Source of the DNA: Raillietiella orientalis
Lineage: Eukaryota
Direction: 5' to 3'
Assembly (NCBI GenBank): GCA_036172245.1
Contig: JAYWIR010000058.1
Location: 434,001 to 498,000 of the forward strand
Length of the DNA stretch: 64,000 nt
Shown here: one piece after another, positions 24,480 to 34,600 of the stretch
How positions within the stretch are numbered: position 1 is the stretch's first letter
How the letters are laid out: each line of letters opens with the position of its first letter
Position numbers and translations under genes: made by a program
The notes under the pieces: model-generated
Told to the model about the DNA's origin: nothing
The model's database searches: none
Seen by the model: the letters and a program-made list of their open reading frames with translations, nothing else

Positions 24480-26424
24480 CTCTCGTCAGATACCACGCCG
24501 GTACTGCCGCGGCACGGCGTCCTCGTCAAACTCTGGAAAGCGGGGTGGACTGCTGCGGGGCTGCACGAGCAGGAGAAAGGGACAAGAAAGCAGGGAACGG
24601 TTTGTGTAGGCAGAACCCTGGGACGGTGCTGCCGGCTCCTTATCTCCCCACTTCCCTCCCTTCCGCTCGCAAGCGGCGGCACATCCATCAAGCTATAGGA
24701 GTAGGGCCAAGAACTCACCTAAAGTGGCATTCAAGGGAGGAGGACGCTCATGGGGGGTCGCTGCCGGCGGGGCAGGCGGGCGCAGAGCTTCCTCGACTTC
24801 CCTCGCGCTGTCGTCTGGTAACCGGAGAGAACCGAGAAGGAGAAGGGGCGACGCCGCGCGTGATTCTCCGGAAGACTTTGGATCTCCGCGCGTGAATTTT
24901 GACGGCTCATCAAAAGATGGAAGGCAAAAAATTTCGAGCTTGCGGTTGCTAAGCAAAAGGACAGATATCTTCCAAAGGTTTCCACGTCCGCAGGCGTTTT
25001 TCAGGTCGCGGCGAACGAGAGGAATCCCCCCCCCCCACATTCCTTCTTCCACCAATTAGATTGACTCCGTTAATCCATCAAGCTCCGGAGAAACCCGTCA
25101 GAGCGTCCCGCAGTGATCGTGGGACCACCTTATCTTTCGTTTCTCCCTTTGCTCTCCTCCTTCCTTCCTCCTCCTCCTTCCCTCGCTTTCTGGGACCGAT
25201 GAGCCTGCCCAGCGGCAGAGTGAGTCCGGGACTCTGACCCACACCTTCCTGCCACTTCTCAGTGCGCAGGAGCAGACCTCTATCACATAGAGCATCTGGA
25301 AATGCTGGCGCGGCTGATACCTCGGGCATCGGGCATGCGGGGGAAGGAGGGCAGGGATCTGAAGGGCCTGGCTCTTCAACCACCATGCATGCACCAGCGG
25401 GTGTTACCCAGCCCACTTGCCTTCCCATGCATTCTTCTCTCCTGCCAGTCTTTAGAGAAAATGCGGCCGAATTCCTATGCTTAGGGAGAGCAGGTCTATG
25501 TGTCCCGGAACCTCTGAGTGCCTCCACTTCAGAGGGGATCTTTCCTGGTCTTGCTCCGGCAGCTTGTGGAGTGATGACACTAAAGCGAATAGGCGGCGGT
25601 TGGAACCGCTGTCTAAGAGCCTTTTGCCGTCTCTCCCTTCCATCTCCCGTGGCGACGTCGGCGGGGTACCAAGAGGACTTGCTCTCGGGTTGGACAGGAG
25701 GCTGCGGCACAGAGGAGCTTTCGTAATGTCAAAGATTCTTCCCAGTGGCAAGATGACCTTGACTTCCTCCGTGTAGCGCATCGCCGGGAGAGGAGGAGGA
25801 GAGGGAAAACAGACAAGCACCCCCCAAGCATCGATGGACATTGATGGACACCTCACCTTTCTTTTACTCCTTTCCATGCCTTGAGCGCTGCATAGCTACC
25901 GCTGACTGTTCTCACGGTTTACAAGCAACCACGGATGAACAACGCGGGACGGAAACTGGCCAACCGGACGGACGCGGAACCGACGACAGCCCGGACAGCC
26001 CCTGATGCCATCAGAGAGAGGGTAATGCTTCTGGTTTGCAGGCAACGAGGCCAGAAGTGATCTTCCCCCTCCTCTCTCCCCTCTCTCTCTACCAAAACCT
26101 GTGTGATGAGCGAGGCGAGCCCATCTGTCTCCCAGAAACCTCCAGCGCCTTCTGGCTCGTGCAGCAGACGAAAGATCAGGCGTTTTTACTCGGAGAAAAA
26201 GCACCTCTCATCCTCAACCCCTTCCCACTCAGGGCAAATGGGAGGGGCACAGCAGTAGCAGCGGGGCACCGGAAGCCGTGGACGTCCTACAGCCCGCGCT
26301 ATCCGGCGGCGGCTCCCCTGGACCACGTAGTCGCCGCTGCTGTCCATGCACTCCCGTGCTGGAGGCGAGCGAAGTTAGAGTTTCTTGCTTGTGTACTCCT
26401 CAGAGAAGAAAAAACAAAAGGGTC

Positions 26425-26535
26425 CGACCAATGACGGAGCTTTTGTGCTTCTCATGAGGAAGCACAAAAGCTCCGTTCCTGCAGATGTAGTGTATAAACC
26501 GGGTACGTTCCCGTTTACGGCTCTTTGTATAAAGG
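26425..26535 (+). promoter_or_regulatory. Candidate promoter element cluster (CCAAT, 43-nt quasi-palindrome, two TATAAA)
   Basis: CCAAT at 26428-26432, inverted repeat at 26434-26476, TATAAA at 26493 and 26528, near the right edge of the GC-rich block between the divergently oriented Siah-like and WDR18 genes. Confidence 0.3.
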
Positions 26536-29500
26536 AACTCCCCCATCATCTACGCAGCTAGCACTCACCGATAAGTCACGGGGACCCCACCAGTCGGAGT
26601 GGCGATCCTCCGAGGGAGAAAAGGAAAAGCGGAGGAGGAATTCTCTTATCAGTGCCTTCCTCCTCCAGAAGTCATCTCCATTTGTAATGAAGCACTGGAT
26701 CACCTTCTCTCTCTATCCGCCTCTGGTTCTTATGGGTCCCGGAAGGGAGACAGACGTTCTTGGAAGGGGAAAGAGGAACAGAAACCCAAAGGCTGTCGAG
26801 AAGACTCTCCAGGGGAAGATGCTCTTTTGCTTACTGGAAACGAGACTAGGGGAAAGCGCGACCAGAGGGCGTCCAGGGAACTGGCTGGTGAACCTACTGG
26901 AATGATCTTTCAAGAGTGAGAGCTTCCTGAGAATAAGCATGAGCTGCCCTTGGAATCAGCCATCTGTGCATCTCCGAGCTTGACTTCTCCTTCTATTTAT
27001 GGAGCAGAGTCCTCGGCCAGCCTGTGACCTTCTTGGGAAGGGAAGACTTGCTGTCATAGGAAAAAAAGGGCGATGCTCTTGCATCTTCCGGAGGGAAGAG
27101 CAAGAGCATCGTCTAGAGTGCTCTTGAAAGACAACTGCAGTGAGTTTTCTGATTCTACTTCTGTCCTCCAGGAGACATGGTGTTGCGATGTTCTTTTGGC
27201 TCCATCACCATGTGACCCAAGTACGCGGAACACCTAAACGAACTGGAAGGAACTGAACCACTTTGCAATCTAATAGACTGGTGGTCAGACTTTCCTTCTG
27301 TACCGAGATCTCTGTGGGTCTGCTCGCCAAGGATTCGGAGATCTTGACCACGTAAAATTCAACGACGTTTCTGTGGAAATTAGCATCATTACACAACCAA
27401 GCGATATCGGGAATCTCACATTGAGGAACGATGCTCCATTGTGACTTCTGATCGTCTGTCGACGTAAAATAATAAAAAGTCTTCACGGCTAAAAGATTGG
27501 TTGGGAGGTGGTGAGGTCTGTAAGCGAATTTGCCAAAGAGGTAGCAGCAAAGTTTTTTATGGAATGTTCAAACTGATACACAAGTTTGCTATTTGGGTGC
27601 TGAATTTGCTTATGTGAGGAGAAGAGTTCATAAAAAATCTTTCAATTCTACAGTATTTGGAGGAAGGATAATCGAACTTGTAGGTCGGACAAGTCTGGGA
27701 GGGTTTAGAGTAGGACGAAACAAACAACTCGAGGTGATGACAGCTGCTTGCGAAAGAACAATACAATGAATCCATGAACTGCACAGAAACTTGATGATTC
27801 TTGAAAAGGTCCACGAAGAATAAATGGTTGGATAGACTATGAAACAGCAAGTGGATCCTTTCACCTTCCAACCTTCGCTGCTGTTAACACAGTCGGATAA
27901 CGTATCTTACTCTTTTTAGAGTAACTGAAACTTTCAGGAAGAAAAAAAAAAAACTTCCATTGAATAAAGCAACATTAAATTGTGCACTTCTCTTATTCAT
28001 TCTTTCGGGGAAAAGTATACATGTAATTAATCGAATGGGCAATATATTGCTCACCGCTGTCCTGTGATGCTGAAAGAGTAGTGACCGTATAGCAAGTGCG
28101 TTCGTTCTTGATTCTCTTTTACATCGATAATATTAGATGAACAAAAACATAGATGGCTCAATATTCCATAATTTCATGCGAAATGAGATTGAACCAAAGT
28201 GAAAGATTAACAGATCCCAGGAACGCACCTGGGTCATCTGCCTTGTTGAGAGAACCGAAGTCTAGCTCTTTCTGAACCTCTGGGTGTTTCACATCAAATA
28301 AATTTTGCTGTTATTGAATTCAATTGCATAGCTGAGAATAAATACAACTTGAATTTCTCAGATAATCTCCAAAATCAAACACATCTTTGGAAGCATGTGT
28401 CTATGAACTATTGCTCATAGGTATGTGGATGAATCCTCAGTTGAAGTCCATATTCATTCAATAGAATAGCAGACTGGTTTGTAGCCATCTGACTATATGG
28501 TATCAAGTCATCTGCTCCCCAAATATCTTGATTTAGATGGGGTATCTTGCTGTATGATATCTTAATCTAGATTGAGAATCTAAAAAATATTTTCTAAATT
28601 CTCAAATAAATTGAAGGCTGTCCTGAAATCAGGATTGAGAAGAAAAGCTGATCCTAGGAATTACGCTACAAATTCAAAGAAATTAGATTGTCTCATTACG
28701 ATTATATTTCTTCTTTGCCCATTGATACAGGAATTCATCTACACATAAGAACTCTTATTTAATTTGCTAATAGCAGGATATGTAAGCGTCTACATTTTTC
28801 CCATGCAATATGTGCATTTTAATTCATTCATTTTATTAATATGGAGAACACAATAAGCCATACATCTATGTGGACGACATTCATACAGATTTCAACACTT
28901 TTCCAAAAATTTGGCTAAATAGAAAATCTGAAAGCACTCTTGTAAAATATAAATATCTTTCATAAATGATAGCTTACTTGTATTGTTATATTAACAATTT
29001 GAGACTAAAATTGTACTCAGTATTTTTGCAAGTATCCTAATCTTGGATTTTCTTTCAAACAATTTATATTCCATTCATAAATGATTAGGCACATCGCTAT
29101 CAAAAACTTTTTGTTTTCATTACGGTGTTTTAGATGATTACAAGAACAGACGTTGAGGAAGCTAAACTGTGACCCAATGATTCCAATTTGAAGGAATATA
29201 GTTTTAATCCTCAGGAATTGTTATAATCATTTGTTTCTATCGGTTCCTTTTTTTTTTTTTTTGCCATTTGAAGCCCAAAAGCATATTTACCTGAATTTGC
29301 AAGCCTTGAATCTGAAAGCCTAGCTTCAACGCTGCTAAACGCATCGCCTGTAGTATTTGTGCGTGTCTTTCGGTATGTGTAGCTGCATACTGATGTTTGT
29401 AAATGTGGTGATGAAAACTATTGACAGTTATGATTACTTACCCGTTTAAATAGTTCAGCATTGCTCTGGCCTTATACTAGACGGAGTGGTATCAAATGTT

Positions 29501-29547
29501 CTCATAAGAAGTGTGTTAGCATTTCTTGGAAGCTTGGTATTTTGAAC

Positions 29548-31501
29548 ATGTCAGGAACGAGTAGAGTTATTTGTGAGGTAAGCAATCAGTGTTTCTTATA
29601 ATGGAGTAACATGCTCGGTCATGTAATTTCTTGATGTCATATAATTATTTGCGTTTGCTGTTTTTCGATATTAAAATGTTAGGGCTACAAAAAGACCTTT
29701 TAAGATCTGTGGGACAAGGTCCTTGTTTCCCATTCATATCTAATTTGAAATGTACGGTTGCTATAGTCACAACTGATGTGAAGCTGAGTGTAACAGCAAT
29801 TGATATTGAGATGTGAAATGCATCTGCAGATTTGAAATTTGATTTCCAACTCTTTTCCAACCTTTCAAGGTGCTCTTTGGAAGTACTTCGAAAGATGACG
29901 TCACTGCTTGGAATGCCAAAACTGGCAGTGTTTTGATGAACTATAAGGGTGGAGCAGCATCTCCAAAAACCTTGAATCTATATGATGGTAAATGGTTACT
30001 ATCAGTTCAAGATTCTAAACCCCTTCTGAATCTTTGGGCCATACATCAAAAAGTGAGTTTGTTTCATTCAAGATATAGAGAACAGGGTAATGTGTTTAGA
30101 ACAAAAACATAATCTGGATGGACTCATTTCGCAAATGTAGTTAGTTTTAATCAATTCATCCTGTATTACTTGAAAGCTGCAATTTTGTCAGCAAATTTCT
30201 GAAAAACACATGTTTATTCCGTCAAATTTAATTGATATTTTCATTTTAGGAGAAAATGCACTTCCATTCAGTGTGCCCTGGATTAGTGACATGCATGGCA
30301 ATTGCTGCACAGTATAATATAGGAATCATGGCTGTGAATGAAGTAATCTATCTATGGCATCTATTATCAGGAAAATTGTTGTGCATGATTTGTCGGTATA
30401 GAGTTTTGTGGATGAAACAACTGTATCATCAAAACTTCTTTGTGTAGTCATTATCAGGCAGTAGAATTTCTTAAAATTGGTGCAGATGGTACAATATTTG
30501 TATCAGCTGGTAGAGATGGTTTAATGATGGTTTGGAATTTGGTTGATCTTACAACAGCAGCAAATGCTAAACCAGGAGGGAGGCATGAACCTGTACATTT
30601 GTGGTCGCAACACAGTCTTCCAGTAACTGGTTTACATGTAACTTTGGGAGCAAACCAGGCTAGGGTTTGCTCTTGTTCAGTTGATCAGACATGCAAAGTG
30701 AGAAATGTTTTCCTGAGAAGAAAAATCTATATGTTTTTAAGCTATTTGATATTATGTCCGGTCGTCAACTCATTTCTCTTCAACTCTCTTGTGATCCAAG
30801 CTCAGTTACCATGGACAATGCAGAATTCTTCATTTTTGTTGGTGCAGTGGATGGAAGCATCTTCAAGATTTCCTTATTATCAGAAACAAAAAGTGCAATC
30901 AGTGAAGCAGAATGCAGTAGTAGTTCTGCAAAAAAACAAGATCATTTTGCAGGTCACAAGTATGTATGTGACTGTGTAGCATGCATGCAAAAATGTATAA
31001 ACATACTGCTGTTCTAGTAATCGTAATTCAGAATTCTAGTAATCATAATTTAGAATTTTAATAACTAATCTAACTCAATCTTTCAGAGCTTGTGTGAATT
31101 ATCTACAAGTCTCAATGGATGGACTTAATCTGTTTTCTGGTTCCCAAGATGGAACAATACGCATATGGCACATTTCAAGTGGTCAGTGCCTGCGAACATT
31201 CCCACTGAAAGACCCAGTGACTAATATGTTTGTTAGCTACTTGCCAATCAGAATTTTCAATGAGCCTGAAGTTAAAAAGCAGATACCTTTCAAGCGGTTT
31301 CAAATGCATGATGAAAACATGCCAATTAAAGATGTTGATGTGCACTTAAAGTGGCCTATTAATAGACAACACAACCAGTCAGTTTTATGTATTCCCAACC
31401 TTAAAGAACCTAATGAACCCCTTGAGGAACTACAGAAGATTAAGCACATTAACAAGGAACTCTATACGTATATTGTCAATCATATTTTGAGTGCAAAATA
31501 A
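29548..31501 (+). CDS. WDR18: WD repeat-containing protein 18 (Ipi3 homolog; rixosome/5FMC subunit, 60S biogenesis), 413 aa
   Basis: Six GT-AG exons: 29548-29577, 29870-30052, 30250-30395, 30448-30697, 30742-30959, 31087-31501 (1242 nt, all phases compatible). Diagnostic segments: WNAKTGSVLMNYKGG, VCPGLVTCM, IYLWHLLSGKLL, RHYQAV..DGTIFVSAGRDGLMMVW, WSQHSLPVTGLH..ARVCSCSVDQTCK, VSMDGLNLFSGSQDGTIRIWHISSGQCLR and the C-terminal coiled coil LQKIKHINKELYTY. Exon 1 is the least certain. Confidence 0.93.
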
Positions 31502-31627
31502 ATCTGGCTATTATGTATACCATAATACAGTTTTCATCACTATATGTTCGTGCATTTGCTATAGTAATTTTTCAATTATTTGTGATTTTTAGTAAATCTC
31601 TGTCTGGGTCCATTATTTGACGGAAGA

Positions 31628-31633
31628 AATAAA
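31628..31633 (+). terminator. Candidate polyadenylation signal for WDR18
   Basis: AATAAA about 130 nt after the stop, followed by GT-rich sequence; another AATAAA overlaps the stop codon at 31497-31502. Confidence 0.45.
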
Positions 31634-34600
31634 TTCAGGCAGTCAGTGAATGCAGTGCGTGGATGCATGCTTGCAGTGCGTGGTTACATACTCGTGTGTA
31701 TGCGTGTACGCATTGTCACCGCACTAAACACTGTTTGCTTAGCAGTGTCAAAAGGGTATGTTAGAAATCAAATGATCCATATACTTTTGTTGATTGCTCT
31801 TAAAATTTAAGATTAAAATATGGTATTGTTCCAATATCCCATCATGTTTGAAAGCCTTGTAACACCCGATTTTGCGTTTTTAATTACATTTCTCGTCTGT
31901 GAAGTATAGGCAATGTCTTTTCGCAATTATAAAACTATTGCGGTAACTGTCCGTTGATTCTGCACGTTTGGTTCGCTCGTTGAAGCAGGAGCCGTCCGGT
32001 GCCGACTCCGTACCTTCGTGCTGGTTCGGTCAATATTTGCTTGTTGCAAGTTGGTGCTCCAAACGAATCTTTTCCTGAAACGGTCTTCGCCCCGTGTGCA
32101 TGCTCACTGTTTAGCCGTGAATTTTATTGAGGTCAGCTTCTTGGGGCCTTTCCACTTAATTGGAACAATACTTTGTGTTGTGTCATGCTTTTGTCTTACA
32201 CAAATCAGTGGGTAAAAGTTTGAACAAAACGTTTTACTACCTTTTACAAGACCTCATTGTAGAGGTGCACTTTAATTTGTACATTCCGACTGGTATGATG
32301 AATCGACGAGCAGAAAAAAATATTTTGAATATGAGAGTGCACATTTTTCGTTGTAATAGGAATGCTTCCTAGCAATTTTCCGTTCTCATTTATTGATCAA
32401 AAAGTCAATTGATAAATTAAACATTATTCGTGGTATATTAGAACTATATTAGCTTTGGACACAGGCAGTATCCTAATTAAGGACGGAAACGGAGACGGGA
32501 TTGTTGCTATTTGTTAGTTGAACCACAAAGCCGAACTGTTGGTAAATTACAGAACACGAGATTCATTGGAAACTTACATAAAAGAGGGGATATCTCTGAA
32601 AGGAGGTTCGCGAAAATAACGAGAGAAAGTAAGGAAGAAATCATTGTCATCCAAAGATAGCAAGGAAACTAATCGTTGAAAAACCGTCTTGACTAGTAAA
32701 ATATGTCCTGACTATTACATGACGCTTTCGTGCTTAGTTCTGAAAAGGTTGTGATCACAAAAACAGCAAAGTATCTGTACCAATTCAACGTCTTGTATGA
32801 AAATATAGATTTCATAGTTCTGCTGCGAAGCAACACAAACCTAAATTTATAATTTTGTTAATTGGATACCAGATGAGTGGCATATTCCCTTAGGAACTGA
32901 TGTCCAATTACTAAACGAAGAGGAAGATTAACTGCTAATCAATCGAAACAATTTGAATGCTATGGAGGAAAACAGTCCTCCAAAGGTAACTTCTGTTTAC
33001 GTGACCTGTAGCTTAAGAGTTTTCTGCAAAGAGAAGACCAATATGTTGGATCCAGTTATTAATCGCCATCTGGATTGCTTCGTCCCTCTTAGTTTTCAGT
33101 CTGTTTTGATCAGTCTGAAAATGCGGAGCGATAAAGGTTCTCATATAGTGCACTCCATCGGGCTGCATACTGAGCTAGTTTTACGCAGTTATACGGTATA
33201 TATTAACAGGCATGGCCATCCATCACAACTATGATGAAAGGTGTTTTTTGTAATTTTTCGAGCCTTTTTTTTTTTTTTTTTCGTTCAAAAGATGTATAAA
33301 AACTAAATTTCAGTTTTCTTGCCGATCATTTAAAGTGAAGGAAAGGTGGATCTCTAATCTCAGAGATTTGGAGTCAAGTTTGCGCCGAAGTTCTTCCTTG
33401 CCACTAGCACGGAAAAGCATGCAGTTCGCAAAGTGCTTCATTGAATCTGCACTCGTTTTAGTTCCAGACATTCTCCTAGAACATCCAACCCTCCTGTTGA
33501 AAAAGTAATTCGAGTTTCTTGTGCCAGCATGTCTTTTGTCTTTTCCACGAGCAATGTATCCAGAAATCCAGCAATTTTTTTTCCGCAATGTCCGTAGCTT
33601 TCAGTGAGCAAATCTTCAAAATCCGAGACAATACCGCATCGATCCATTCGCGGGATCGACATGGCTAACTTCTCGCCTATCTCTATGCTGTTTTTGACAG
33701 TCTAGAAATTACTTCCTGGGATGGTTTTATCTTTTCCCGCCGTCTCCTTCCTCCAAGTCCCCTGAGATAGTTTGGAACTGGTGCTCGGGCCGCTGTCCTC
33801 AGCGTCCTCGCGTGCTGGAGCATCTTCAACACCACCAAAGAGGAAAAGGGCGTTCAGGAAATGCTCCCACGGCAGCGTGGATTCCAAGGCCGATCGCCCA
33901 GCCTCCGAGGGGGACGCCTGGCCTGCCCCCTCCCACGGAACAACCACTTACCAAACTCGCCTTCTAGTCAGCGGCCCGAACTTGCAAGAAGCGGCACCTT
34001 CCGCTTCTTCCAAAACTTTTCCCATCCGACCGCGGGTCCCAAAGATCTTCAGCGATGACTTCAGCTGCGACTCCGGAAAGGCATTCTGCCCCATCGATGC
34101 CGCTAAAAGAATGCCCCCAGATTTCCCTGCCCCCCCCCCCCCCCCAGATTTCCCTAAATCTTTCATCTTTTTTTTTTTTTTTACTAAATGGAATCCATAA
34201 TGTCATAAACAAATCGCTGTCTACCTGCGTCTCTGCATTGATAGACCGGCGGCGAAGACGAGAGCTCCTTTTCACGGCTTCGAAGCCCCTCTTTTCAGAC
34301 TTTCGGCGGCCCATCCACACCCTTGCCCCACGCTAGTCGCTGCGAGACTCCTTCCGTTGGTACCTGACCGCATCAGTGATTTCGGAAGAATGCACCTGTG
34401 GGTCTCTGTGTGTCTGATGAGTCTTGCGTCCTCAGCGTTGAGCGTGCCGGATGCAAGCATCCCTTCGCGTTGGACACAGCACTCGGTATCAGCACGCTCT
34501 CTGGAATCCCTTGCCTCCCTCCGCGCTGTCCCTGGAGTTTCGCTACGTTCCGATCATTCCGGCGTTCCTCTACAGCATGGAATCGGGAAGACCAGCACCA

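Noticed and set aside
33265..33662. Processed pseudogene suggested by a minus-strand poly(A) after short ORFs
   Set aside because: Homopolymer T/A runs are common throughout the window; no recognisable parent protein or TSD.
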